A stretch of 64,000 bases of DNA, taken from positions 82,662 through 146,661 of the forward strand of contig CAWCPV010000006.1 in NCBI GenBank assembly GCA_963797555.1. The letters are read 5' to 3'. The position numbers were made by a program, and so were the translations under genes. Every line of letters starts with the position of its first letter. The stretch's first letter is position 1. This document shows positions 42,140-53,177 of the stretch, one piece after another. Below the pieces are notes generated by a model. It worked only from the letters and a program-made list of their open reading frames with translations. It was not told where the DNA came from and did no database searches. Origin of the DNA: an uncultured Gammaproteobacteria bacterium (lineage in GTDB: Bacteria; Pseudomonadota; Gammaproteobacteria; CAWCPV01).

Positions 42140-42149
42140 GGCAGACCTC

Positions 42150-42380
42150 CTATTTCTTCCTCAGCAGAAAATAGAACTTGCCCCCTTCTTCGCGGGACTC
42201 GATCAACTGGTTTCCAGTCTGCTTCGCGAACGCCTCGAAGTCTTTCACCGAGCCCGGATCGGTCGCGATCACGTGGAGCGTCTGCCCGCTCTGCAACTCC
42301 CCCAGTGCCTTCTTGGTACGGAGCACCGGCAGGGGGCAGTTGAGACCGGAAGCGTCAAGCTCCTTGTCAAAGTCAGCCAT
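42150..42380 (-). CDS. tusA: Sulfur carrier TusA
   Basis: LDASGLNCPLP, ATDPGSVKDF; AAGGAG RBS. Confidence 0.93.
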   Translation of the reverse strand: MADFDKELDASGLNCPLPVLRTKKALGELQSGQTLHVIATDPGSVKDFEAFAKQTGNQLIESREEGGKFYFLLRKK

Positions 42381-42529
42381 CGTCTTCTCCTCCTTGGGTA
42401 AGGGTTTAACAGCAGTGGTCGATGCTGGCGGTCTTTCCCGCCAGCCCCATCGGGCATCTCGGGCAGCCCACCGGGAGCCGCATCCTCTTCGGAACGCGCG
42501 AATAGCCGCATTGCGCGAGAAATGCCTTG

Positions 42530-42572
42530 TTTGTACCCCAAAAGCACGCGTCTTGTCAATATTAAAATATTG
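42530..42572 (-). promoter_or_regulatory. Sigma70-like promoter for tusA-dsrE2 with overlapping palindrome
   Basis: TTGACA-18 bp-TACAAA on the minus strand; CAATATT-AA-AATATTG at 42557-72. Confidence 0.5.
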
Positions 42573-42707
42573 TTATATGGTTTCAAGCAGGGGCGCTCCG
42601 CCTTGCACTGGCCTGATGACCGGCAACCGGTGGGCAAGCGAGACTTGACCCGCCACACCCGTTACACTAACCGCTAACCGTACATACCACCGCGGGTGGT
42701 CGGCGGG

Positions 42708-42815
42708 CTACAACGGTCTATAAGTGCTACGAGCTCCACGAGGACGCTTGGTCAGGTCCATATGCCGAACAACTTGGCGCCACAACGGTCTATAGTCTAC
42801 GAGCTCCACGAGGAT
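42708..42815. repeat. Two ~36-bp direct repeats separated by 34 bp
   Basis: ACAACGGTCTATA..CTACGAGCTCCACGAGGA occurs twice with a 72-bp period. Confidence 0.7.
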
Positions 42816-43054
42816 GCCAAGATTGTTCGCTTGCGGGACGACGATGGCTGCCTCAAGTAGGCTCTGGCACCGGGGCGTGATCAGGATCGTAAAGAAGGTG
42901 GCTCTCCCGGTCGTGTGCCGGTTTTTGCTGCCTGAGTCATGCTGACCGAGGCCAAGTGGGAACGGGGGCAGATGGTACAGGTGCACTCGACCTCCCCGGC
43001 TCATCGGCAAGTGATGAGGTCGCCCTGTCGGGCGACTCGGGCGGTAATCGTTTG

Positions 43055-44494
43055 ATGCGACCCTTCAAAATCCTGTTTCTCAGCCTGGGCGCGCTCATCT
43101 GGCTCGTGCAGGCGAGCGCCCAACAATTCGCGCTTCCTGACATCGGCGACGCGGCAGATGCGATCATGTCCTCAGCAGACGAGCAGCGCCTCGCGGAAGC
43201 GTTCATGCGCGAGGTGCGCCAGCAACTTCACGTCATCGACGATCCGGAAGTCAGCGCCTATCTGGCAGGACTGGCTGAACGGCTCACCGCGCACCTCCAA
43301 GGCGGGCCCGGGCACTTCAGCTTCTTCGCGGTTTCCGATCCGGCCATCAACGCCTTTGCCGGACCCGCAGGGTACATCGGGGTAAACTCCGGCCTGATTC
43401 TGGCGAGCCGCACGGAGAGTGAGCTAGCTGCGGTGCTCTCCCACGAAATGGGGCACGTGATACAGCACCACATCGCCCGCACCCTGCGGGAGGCCCAGCG
43501 CATGACTCTGCCGGCTGCTGCGGCGTTGCTCGCGGCGATCCTGATAGGGCTGAAGAGCCCGGAGGTAGGTACGGCCGCACTGGCTGCCACGACGGCGGGA
43601 CAAATGCAGCACGAGATCAGTTTCACACGGGAGCACGAAGAGGAGGCGGATCGGGTCGGCATGCAGATCCTCGCCCGCTCGGGCTTCGATCCCCGGGGCA
43701 TGCCCAGCTTCTTCGAACGCATGCTGCAAAGCGAGCGGCTCGCCACACGCCCACCGGCCTTCTTGCTGGACCACCCCGTCACGGAGAGCCGCATCGCCGA
43801 GTCGCGCGCGCGGGCCGAGCAGTATCCGCACCGGACCGTACCCGATGACCTCAGCTACGAGATTATCAAGGCGCGCCTTCGAGTGCTGGACGAACCCGAC
43901 CCGCGCTCCGCGGTCAGCTACTTTAGGCCTGCAATGGATACCGGAACAGCGACCGAACGCGTGGCGGCCCGTTACGGTTACGCACTCGCCCTGTTCCAGA
44001 GCGGCTCCTACCAAGAGGCTCAGCGGCAAATCGCTCAGCTATCGGAGGCCGATCCCGAACGCATTGCGTACGTCATCCTGCGTGCTCGGGTCCTGCTCGC
44101 CCTTGGACAGAAAGAGAAAGGGCTGAAGATCTTCGCAAGTGCCCTGCAGTCGAACCCGGGAGACTTGGCCCTGACCCTCGCTTATGCCCAAGCCCTGCTC
44201 GACGGCGGTGAGCCTGACCTCGCGCGACGCAAGCTGATAGAGTACCTGCGCGACGAAGGGTTTCCCGGACCTGAAGCGTACCGTTTACTCGCCCAGGCGC
44301 AGGGCGAAGCGGGTTATGCGGCGGACGCCCACCAATCCCTCGCTGAGTACTATTACGGGATGGGGGACCGGAAGTCCGCCATCAAGCAACTCGAGATGGC
44401 TCTGCGCCTGACCAAAGACGATTTCTACCGCACATCGCGCACGGAGGCGAGACTGGAGCAACTGCATGCCGAAGAGAAAGCCGCGCGGAAATAG
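43055..44494 (+). CDS. M48 metalloprotease with TPRs (BepA/YfgC-like)
   Basis: Signal peptide, INAFA, HEMGH, EEEADRVG, HP.T..RI, TPR tail. Confidence 0.9.
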   Translation: MRPFKILFLSLGALIWLVQASAQQFALPDIGDAADAIMSSADEQRLAEAFMREVRQQLHVIDDPEVSAYLAGLAERLTAHLQGGPGHFSFFAVSDPAINAFAGPAGYIGVNSGLILASRTESELAAVLSHEMGHVIQHHIARTLREAQRMTLPAAAALLAAILIGLKSPEVGTAALAATTAGQMQHEISFTREHEEEADRVGMQILARSGFDPRGMPSFFERMLQSERLATRPPAFLLDHPVTESRIAESRARAEQYPHRTVPDDLSYEIIKARLRVLDEPDPRSAVSYFRPAMDTGTATERVAARYGYALALFQSGSYQEAQRQIAQLSEADPERIAYVILRARVLLALGQKEKGLKIFASALQSNPGDLALTLAYAQALLDGGEPDLARRKLIEYLRDEGFPGPEAYRLLAQAQGEAGYAADAHQSLAEYYYGMGDRKSAIKQLEMALRLTKDDFYRTSRTEARLEQLHAEEKAARK

Positions 44495-44747
44495 CCCAAT
44501 GTACCCACAAAACAGGCGCGTTGTATGCTCCTGGGGCAGACCCCGGGGTGATGTCGTGGGATCGCTTTGGTGGCCAGGCAGACCGCCAGAAACCGGATTG
44601 GCTTGTCACGGCTGCCAGCTCCAGTTGCGCGAACCGCCTGCCGACCAACGGCGTCGCGATAGAGAGCACCACTCCACTGGTGCGGGGGATCGGCGGTCGT
44701 CTGGCGCAGATGTGGGCCAGCGAATTCCCGGCCGCTGCGGAGCCTTA

Positions 44748-47700
44748 GGAACGGTTCACTAACAACCTGATTCCGTGACTTCGCGTCTCAGCGGATGGCC
44801 GCAACCTGCTGATTTATCATTGCAGTTCAGCTAAAATCGGGCCGCACTCCAGGTCACCCGGCAGGTGAACGATGAAGCGGTTCATCTTGGAGCAGTCCGA
44901 TGAGGAATTTTACACCTCCCATTCTGGTCTGGCCTTGGTCGGTCTTTGCGTCAACCGCTTTAGCGGGTTGGGCAAGGCGCTGAAGCAGGCGATCCCGCTA
45001 CGCCACGGCATCTCCCATGAAGACGTAGCCAAGAGCTATCTGGGGTTGATGTGTTTGGGCAAGAGCGACTTCGAAGCGGTCTCCAACGTCCGAGAGGACG
45101 ATTTCTTCCGCCAGGCGTTGGGGCTGGAGCGGGTACCCTCGCCAGAAACGCTGAGGCAGCGTCTCGACGAGCACGCAGCGGTCCTGCGGGAGGTCATTGA
45201 CGAGGCCGATATCGAGTTCATGGTCAACGCCAAGGCACCGGTCAGTGCGCTCAAGACCGGTCATGTGCCGGTGGACATCGATGTCTTTCCCATGGACAAC
45301 TCCGGGACCAAGCAAGAAGGAGTCTCGCGCACCTACCACGGCTATGACGGTTATGCGCCGATCGCGACCTACGTGGGAACCGAAGGGTGGTGCGTCGGCT
45401 GTGAGCTGCGAGAAGGCAAGCAGCACAGTCAGAAGGAATTCGGCTACGTCTGGGAGCGCATCCTGCCGCGGGCCAGGCGCCTGACCAAACTGCCGCTGCT
45501 GGTGCGCCAGGACAGCGCCCACGACGCCTTGGAGAACCGGCTGCGCTACCTCGAAGAGGAGGTGGACTTCATTATCCAGTGGAACCCTCGGGGCGAGGAC
45601 CCTGCCCATTGGCTGGAGCGCGCCGAGCGCCAAGGGGCATGGGAGACACCCCGACCCGGCAAGCGCGTGGCGCTGTTCAGCGTCGTCGAGGAGCACCCCC
45701 ATCGGGAGCACACCTACCACGTTCGCCGGGTGATGCGGGTGACCGAGCGCACCATCGACAAGAAGGGCCAGGCGCTGTTGGTACCGGAGCTGGAGCTCGA
45801 TGGCTGGTGGACCTCGCTCGCCTATCCGGACGCGGAGATCGTCGCCCTGTACCGTGACCACGGCACCTCCGAGCAGTTCCACAGCGAGTTCAAGACCGAC
45901 CTCGACATCGAACGGCTGCCCTCCGGGAAATTCGACACCAATGACCTGGTGCTCGCCTTTGCCGTATTCGCTTACAACATTCTGCGCCTCATTGGGCTCA
46001 TCGGGCTGACCGGCGAGTCGGCTCCCCTGCGCCATCCGGCCAAGCGCCGGCGGATCAAGACCGTCCTCCAGGAACTGATGTACCTCGCCGCCCGGTTGGT
46101 CGCCACCGCCCGCAGACTGAAGCTGCGCTTCAGCCGGCTCTGTCCCGGCTTCCGCGCCTTCGAGCAGGTGTATTACCAACTCGCCTTCGGGTAGATAGGA
46201 CGACCTCCATAGAAACTCGACCCGGGCCTCACCAGACCCCGGTGTAAACCTACGCCCGAAATTCAGCGTCCAAGCCTCAAAGCCCCGCCGTCACTCCTGC
46301 GCCGACGAGGGTCTACGCCCGCTGTACATAGCCGGCGTCACCGGTTGGCTAAAAACTAACCAACTCAACTGAGAATAGCTCCCATTCTCTCGCGCCCCGG
46401 GCGCTCGGAGATTCAAGTCACGGATCCAGGTAACAAGTTATCCAGCTTTCGTGGTGTAGAGTCTGGACCTGGGCCGATAGTTGCTTGAACGGGAACAATA
46501 TTGATGCAAACATGAGGTCTGCTTAGCCCAGTCCGTGGGTAACGCCATGAACGAGTTTCCCGGTTATGAAGCGTCGCACGAAGAATTCATGAGGCTCTAT
46601 TGCCGTTCGTTGCCGGAGGACCATCGGCGGCGCTACGCGGCGCTTGAGGCGTTGAAGATCGGTTTCGGCGGCATCGCCTACGTGTCGCGGGTCTTGGGCA
46701 TGAGCCGGTGCACGATCTACACCGGGATTCGCGAGTTGGAGGAGATGCGCAACGACGATCCCGAACACCCGGGGCGTCCCAGTGGCGATGCCAAGCGCAT
46801 CCGGCGGCCAGGCGGTGGTCGACCGAAGATCACCGAACGCCACGCGGGGCTGGAGGCGACGGTCGGCGACATTCTTGAAGCCCACAGCGCCGGCAGTCCG
46901 ACCGACGAGACGGTACGTTGGACGGATCTGAAACCGCTGGAACTGGCGCAGGAACTGCTCCAACGTGGCTACGAGATCGGCCGCAACACGGCGGCGCAAC
47001 TTTTGGAGCGGGCCGGCTATCGGCGTCGTTCCCTGCGCAAGGAGTTGATCACCGGACAGGTCGACCCGCGCGAGCGCGACCAACAGTTTCGTTATATCGA
47101 TGCGTTGCCTCGTTTGGCCCGGCGCCGGGGCATCCCGGTGCTGTCTGCCGATACCAAGAAGAAGGAGCTGCTCGGCGCCCGGTATCGGCGTGGGCAATGC
47201 TACAGCAGCGCCGAGCAGTACGTGTACGATCACGATTTTCGTCACCTGGCCAGCGGTCTGTTGGTGCCCCATGGCGTTTACGACTACTTCGCCAACGTCG
47301 GCTTCCTGACGCTGGGCACCTCGCGGGAAACCAGTGCGTTCGTCTGCGAGGCCATCGCACTGGCGTGGGAGGAGGACCGCCGCGCCCATTACCCCGAGGC
47401 TGAGGAGATCCTGTTGCTCTGCGACGCCGGCGGCGCCAACGCCGCGCGCTCCCATCGCTTCAAGGAAGACCTCGTGGCGCTCGCCAAGCGCTTGGGGCGT
47501 CGCCTGCGTATCGCGCACTACCCGCCTTATACTTCCAAGTGGAATCCCATTGAGCACCGCTTGTTCAGCCACGTCGAGCGACCCTGGCGCGCCGTCATCC
47601 TGGACTCACCCCAGACCGCACTGGAAACCGTAGAGCGTACCCATACCAAAACTGGCTTGCGGGTTACCGCCCGTATTCTCGACACAAGCTACGCACTGGG

Positions 47701-47837
47701 GCGGAAGTGCTCCGATACATTCCACGCTATTAAAGACAAATTTATTCGCCACGATGAAGTTCTCGGACAGTGGAACTATGTGGTGGATCCCAGCGGATCA
47801 TTTTCATAAAATGTTTTACTTGTTTTTGCACCGTCAC
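44748..47837 (+). mobile_element. ISAzo13-family element (transposase 46535..47809), left IR interrupted by IS1380
   Basis: DTKKKEL.G, HDF, CDAGG.N, PPYTSKWNPIEHRLFS, WNY; reconstructed IR ACGGTTCACTAACAAGT / ACGGTGCAAAAACAAGT; TTA flanks. Confidence 0.85.
44766..46430 (+). mobile_element. IS1380-family element, intact (transposase 44872..46194)
   Basis: Inverted repeats CCTGATTCCGTGACTT / CCTGGATCCGTGACTT; TAACAA duplicated; DIDVFPMDN, RQDS, Y..HGTSEQ..SE.K. Confidence 0.92.
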
Positions 47838-48324
47838 TTAACCCGACGGTCCGGGGATCGGCGCGTTGCGCAAGGCCTGGACTTGCTGACACCTTCGGTG
47901 GGCGCGGGTACACCTCTCGGGCCGGCTTGCTTGGCTAGTAGGACCCGCGCGCTGCCGCCGTTCTGGCGTGGGCATGAAGGCCTTGAGCGAGTGTGTTCCG
48001 GTGTTCCTCGACACTCGCCCCCTGTATAGGGGGCGCGGGTGAGTCCTCTGTGCGTCATCGCGTCGGGAGGGCCGCTGGCATCCTCAAGGCACGAGCAAAC
48101 CTGCGGCCGGGATCGGCACCGTCCCAAAGCGGTCGGCTAGGTTGTATGCAGCTCACCATGGGCCCCTCAGATGCCTGCCGCAGTATGCTCCGGATAAGAT
48201 CAGCAAAGGTTCTCTAAGGGGGGTCGCGACGGCGGCGCACTCGTTGACTTAAGCCGGTAGCGCCCCGCGCGCGTTCCTCCTATAGATCCCATCTAGTCAT
48301 CCTGCCGAGCAGCCTGAACGTTCC

Positions 48325-49419
48325 GTGACCCCAGTGAAGACGCTAGACTTCCCTCACTACTTGCAACTCATGACGCAGAGAGATGCCTCAGACCTGTTCT
48401 TCTCGGTCGGTGCGCCGGTTCACATCAAGGTCGAAGGAGTCATATCGGCGGCCAACGTCACACCGCTTCAGCCGGGGTCCGTGGAGCCACTGGCATTCTC
48501 CCTCATGGACGCTGAGCAGGTCGCGGCCTTCCGCGTGCGCCCCGAAACGAATCTCGCCTTCTCTTTCGGCACCCTGGGACGTTTTCGCGTAAACGTCTTC
48601 CGTCAGCGAGGCGAGGTCTCTATGGTCGTGCGGCGTCTGAAGCACGTCATCCCTTCCATCGAGGAACTGCGCCTGCCCCTGTTGCTAAAGGATCTCGCGA
48701 CCGTGCGGCAGGGGCTGGTGTTGTTCGTGGGTCCCACGGGGTCCGGCAAGTCCACGAGCCTTGCCACCATGATCGACTATCGCAACGCCACCTCTGTCTC
48801 GCATATCCTGACCATCGAAGACCCCATCGAGTATGTGCATTACCACAAGCGCTCCATCGTGGAGCAACGGGAGGTCGGGATCGACACCCTGTCATACGGG
48901 GATGCTTTGATGAACGCGATGCGCGAAGCACCCGACGTGATCCTGATCGGCGAGATCCGCGAGCGGGAAACCGTGCAACACGCCGTCGCCTACGCAGAGA
49001 CCGGACACCTCTGCCTCTCCACACTACACGCGAACAACGCCCAACAGGCGCTCCAACGCATCACCACGTTCTTTCCGGACGTTGCTCGTCAACAAGTGTT
49101 GCTGGATCTCTCGCTGAACCTGCAAGCGATCGTTTCCCAGCGACTGGTGCAGGGTGTTGACGGTAGGCGGGTACCCGCTGTGGAGATACTGCTCAACTCT
49201 CCATACGTCGCCGACCTGATACAGCGGGGTGGTTTCGCAGATCTGAAAGGTGCCATGGAGCAAGCTCAGGCAGCCGATCGTGGCATGCAGACCTTCGACG
49301 AATCCTTGTACAGGTTGTTTCAGGTTGGATCGATCACCCGCGAGGAGGCGCTGCGCAATGCCGACTCCGCGACGAATGTTGGCCTCAGGATGCGCCTGGC
49401 AACCCCTCGCGGAGCATGA
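48325..49419 (+). CDS. PilT/PilU-family ATPase (PilU-like)
   Basis: ASDLF, GPTGSGKST, TIEDPIE, QREVG.DT, AMREAPDVILIGEIR, TLHANNA, GMQTFD. Confidence 0.9.
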   Translation: MTPVKTLDFPHYLQLMTQRDASDLFFSVGAPVHIKVEGVISAANVTPLQPGSVEPLAFSLMDAEQVAAFRVRPETNLAFSFGTLGRFRVNVFRQRGEVSMVVRRLKHVIPSIEELRLPLLLKDLATVRQGLVLFVGPTGSGKSTSLATMIDYRNATSVSHILTIEDPIEYVHYHKRSIVEQREVGIDTLSYGDALMNAMREAPDVILIGEIRERETVQHAVAYAETGHLCLSTLHANNAQQALQRITTFFPDVARQQVLLDLSLNLQAIVSQRLVQGVDGRRVPAVEILLNSPYVADLIQRGGFADLKGAMEQAQAADRGMQTFDESLYRLFQVGSITREEALRNADSATNVGLRMRLATPRGA

Positions 49420-49722
49420 GACCGTCGGTGGCAAGTGCCTTCGCTTCTCTCACATGGCCACCTGCCGCGGCGGGACCTCACGGGGGCATGGGTGCAGTGC
49501 CAACGCGACGCCTTAGACTCCTCATCCGGGCAACTGGCGGAATTGAGCAGCGCCGAGTTCGGGACCTGTTGTCCCCTGTTGATTGATCGGCAGGTATATG
49601 TTTGACTAGACAGGGGTTCGCGCCGGAATTGTCGGCGACGAGAGGGTATAGCCTGGGTCTCTGAGCAGGGTAGCTCCCGCCAGACCCTCGCTGGCGGCGT
49701 GCGCGCTGTCCGGTTGGAGGCC

Positions 49723-51034
49723 ATGGAAAAGCTCATAGATGCCAGGCTCCTCAGGCCTGGAGTGTTCGTGTCCAGGTTAGATCGCCCGTGGCTGGGCACA
49801 CCCTTTCTGCTCCAAGGGTTCCTCATTGAGACCGAGCGGGAGGTCCAGGGAGCTCCGGCGGTACTGCCGGCACATCTACATCAATCCGGAGCGCGGACTC
49901 AACGTCGGGGACGCGCCAGAACCTAACGCGGCGGCCGAGCCGGCGGCAGTTGCCGGTGGGCTCCCTACTCCGTCCGCTGGGCACGTCGCCGCCGCGGCGG
50001 CGGGTGCGACGCCGGTTCCAACCGGCCAGTTCAAGACCGCAGTCGCCAAGCATCCGCCGTGGCCTTACCGGGCAAGCCTCGGGGAAGAGCTAGAACGCGC
50101 CCACGACCTATACCGTAACACGCGGACGCTGGTCACACATTTGCTGGAGGATGCCCGGCTGGGTAAGAGCGTGGACGCCCCGGCGGTCCGCGAGATCGTC
50201 ACGGACATCGCCGAGAGCGTCTTGCGCAATCCTAATGCGCTCACTCTCCTCACTCAGCTCCGGACCAAAACCGAATACGTTGCCACTCACTGCCTGAATG
50301 TCTGCATCTTTTCGTTGGTGTTCGGACGGCATCTGGGGATCTCCAAGGCCGACCTTCACACTCTCGGGTTGGGAGCCCTGCTGCACGATGTAGGGTACGT
50401 GAAGATACCGCCGGAAGTGCGGGACAAGCCGGGCAGGTTGACGGCAGAAGAGCTGGCACTGGTCAGGACTCATGTCGAGGAAGGCCTGCGCATCCTTCAA
50501 GAGGCGCGCGGCATCCCGTCAGCGGCCATCGAAATGGTGCGGAACCATCATGAACGCTACGATGGGAGCGGCTACCCCAGAGGGCTTAAAGCAGGGAACA
50601 TCGGGCTGTTTGGCCTGATCTGCGCCCTCACCGACGTGTATGACGCCGTAACCACCGACCGGGCATGGCGTTTGGGATTCACTCCCTACGATGCCTTGCG
50701 CAACATGTACCAACGGCGCCAGAGGGACTTCGACGAGACGCTGGTGTTGCGCTTCGTGCAGTGCATCGGGATATATCCCGTGGGAAGCCTCGTAGAGCTG
50801 AACAGCGGTGACGTGGGCATGGTCGTCGATTCCCATCCGCGCCATCGGCTGCTACCCAAGGTGCGGCTCCTACTCGGCCGAGACGGACAGCCCTACCAGA
50901 ACGGGGTCACTGTGGACCTGCTCCACCAACAGGTTTCCTCAGCGGTGCAGGCACTCAGGATACGGGCTGCCGTCCATCGGGCACAGTATGGAATCAGCCC
51001 CGGCGACCTCCTCGCGGCTGGGCTGCACGGATAG
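49723..51034 (+). CDS. DUF3391 + HD-GYP phosphodiesterase (frameshift near 49845)
   Basis: LRPG.FV..LDRPWL.TPFL.QGF; LLHDVG, HHERYDGSGYP, GIYPVGS. Confidence 0.88.
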
Positions 51035-51105
51035 AGCGCAGCGTCGTGGGACAGGGTCACGTCGGTACTGCACTGGGTTGCCTGAGTGAACGACCTCGGC
51101 TACAC

Positions 51106-52245
51106 TCATCCGGACCCCTTGCGGACGGCCTGCAGGAAGGCGGTCCGCTGAGCCTCGGATGGCAGCTCGCCTGCAAGGCGCTGGTAGAGATCCTCTCGTT
51201 CTGAACTCTGTTTGGCTGCGCGCTTCACGAGGATCTTCGCCACCGGGCCCAGATAAAGCGCCAATACACCCTCCAAGGCCTTCAAGACTTCGCGGTCCCA
51301 CCGCTCAGCCGCCTCCGGCGCTTCTCCCGATTCGACCGACCCTTTGCCCGACTCCGGGCGTGCTTCCTCGCGCCCCGCACTGGATAGGAATGCCTGCCTG
51401 GCCCGCTCATCTGCGATGTCGCCGGACAGGAGCTTATACAACTCCTCGATACTGTTGGTGCGCTGGGCCGTGCGCTTGACCAGCAGCTTGGCGAGGGGGC
51501 CGATGTGAGCTGCTAGGTCGCGCTCCGCCTTCTGGAGCAGGCTGGGGTCCCAGTCTGGCGGCGCGGCGGCGGACGCCGTGGACCCCGAGGTTGAGGCCGA
51601 CGGCTGCAGCGGTGGGCGATCACGGTCCTGTACCCCTGGCCGAGGCTCGCCGACCGACACAACAGACGGCTGCGTCCCATGGCTTTCCGGGCTGACCGTC
51701 ACCTCATAAACCGTATACTGACGAACGTGCTTATCTTTGCGTTCACCCTCGTAGCGGAACAGGGCCGCATATTCCTCCGACAAGCAGGAGAGGACCTCGT
51801 AGAAGGACCGGGAGACGAGGATCTGGTTCGGCGCCGCGAAGCTCATCACCCGTTGGGCCGCGTTGATGCCATCGCCGATGACGTTGATGCGCCCGTTCAG
51901 ATCCTTCACCAGTTTGGCAGGCCCGAGGTTGATCCCCATGCGCAGGGCACACGGGGCTTTCCCCTGCTCATCCATCGTACGCAAGGCGTCACGCAGATTC
52001 AGCGCGGCGAACAGCGCGTCCTCGGGGTCCCCGGTGAAACACAGGGCGGCACCGTCACCCGTGTCCAGAATAATCCGATTGCTCTCTCCGACGTGCTCGA
52101 TGGCAGCCGAGATCATCCGATTCAGATGGTCCTTGATCGCCATTTGCTCAGCGACCGACTGAGAGGAAAAGTTCACGACATCCAGGAACAGGACGCTACA
52201 GAGCCAAGTCCGATGTGCCGTGTCAGTCGAGTCCACCGGTGTCAC
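51106..52245 (-). CDS. Class III nucleotide cyclase with two C-terminal helical repeats
   Basis: FLDVVNFS, TGDG, RMGINLG, GDGINAAQRV, QILVS; repeats L...IGPLAK.LVKR and L...LGPVAK.LVKR. Confidence 0.85.
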   Translation of the reverse strand: MTPVDSTDTAHRTWLCSVLFLDVVNFSSQSVAEQMAIKDHLNRMISAAIEHVGESNRIILDTGDGAALCFTGDPEDALFAALNLRDALRTMDEQGKAPCALRMGINLGPAKLVKDLNGRINVIGDGINAAQRVMSFAAPNQILVSRSFYEVLSCLSEEYAALFRYEGERKDKHVRQYTVYEVTVSPESHGTQPSVVSVGEPRPGVQDRDRPPLQPSASTSGSTASAAAPPDWDPSLLQKAERDLAAHIGPLAKLLVKRTAQRTNSIEELYKLLSGDIADERARQAFLSSAGREEARPESGKGSVESGEAPEAAERWDREVLKALEGVLALYLGPVAKILVKRAAKQSSEREDLYQRLAGELPSEAQRTAFLQAVRKGSG

Positions 52246-52258
52246 CTGTAGGCGCGGG

Positions 52259-53131
52259 TCATCCTTCCACCATCTTCATCGCACGCTCCAGGCTCCGTCG
52301 CATACGATTGAAGGAGCCGGCGAGCACCGCTACCTGATCGCGCCCCTTCTCGGGGAGCTCGGGCATATCCATGTTCCCCATGCTGATCTGGTCCGCGAGA
52401 TGGGACATTCGCGACAGGGGCCGGACGACCAGATGTCCAAGCAGCCAGTTCAGGGCGACGAAGATGACCGCAAAGATAGCGGCGACCGATCCCATAAACG
52501 TGTAGAATGCGGAATCCGCCCGCTGAATAGGGATAGCAGCCGGCAGGGAGACGATCTGTCCGCCGATGATTTCGTTCAGTTTCCAGCCGAAGCCGTTGGC
52601 TGAGCCGTAGAGCTTGATCATCGTCTCGGGTGCGTTTTCCGGGGTCGAATGGCAGGCAAGACACGCCCCGTCTTTGATCTGGATGGGACGGACCAGGTAG
52701 AGCGATGGGCCCGAGGGCGTCTCACGCTCGCCCACCAACTCGGTCTTCCCCGGAGTGTTCCGGAACTCGTTGATTAGATCCGCCTCCCAGTCGGTGGCTC
52801 TATCCCTCGGATTCGTGGCGTTGAGGGCCGCCTCCTTGTACAAGTACTCAGGATATCTCTCCCTCAGTTTGTTGAAGGTCTCCGTGGCCGCATAGGACGG
52901 CACAGACTGCGGAAGGAAAGCGCGACGAAGCTGCATATCCAGCAGCGGCCGGATCTGCTTGACGGTATAGTTGCGCATCGCCAGTGCCGCCTCCATCATG
53001 ACGCCGGCCTTCCTCAGAACGTCGTCGCGGGCGATATCCTGGAGCAGCCGGTAAGAAACCGCCCCGGTGGCCCCGAGTCCGAGGGCGCAGATCGCCAGCA
53101 ACGTGAGGTTGAACTTAGTCCGCAGCCCCAT
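52259..53131 (-). CDS. DUF3365 heme-c sensor + HAMP membrane protein
   Basis: TM, periplasmic ATNPRD and CLACH, GFGWK, TM, HAMP; no output domain. Confidence 0.88.
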   Translation of the reverse strand: MGLRTKFNLTLLAICALGLGATGAVSYRLLQDIARDDVLRKAGVMMEAALAMRNYTVKQIRPLLDMQLRRAFLPQSVPSYAATETFNKLRERYPEYLYKEAALNATNPRDRATDWEADLINEFRNTPGKTELVGERETPSGPSLYLVRPIQIKDGACLACHSTPENAPETMIKLYGSANGFGWKLNEIIGGQIVSLPAAIPIQRADSAFYTFMGSVAAIFAVIFVALNWLLGHLVVRPLSRMSHLADQISMGNMDMPELPEKGRDQVAVLAGSFNRMRRSLERAMKMVEG

Positions 53132-53177
53132 CTATATGCCCTCCGTCGGGTTTCGTGCGTAGCGCACGGACGCGTCG

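Noticed and set aside
42708-42815. Bona fide CRISPR array
   Set aside because: Only two imperfect repeats, no leader and no cas genes; kept as a low-interest finding.
44521-44748. 75-aa ORF after bepA, and short ORFs in 47840-48320
   Set aside because: No recognisable motifs, RBS or continuation across the IS; cannot be supported as genes.
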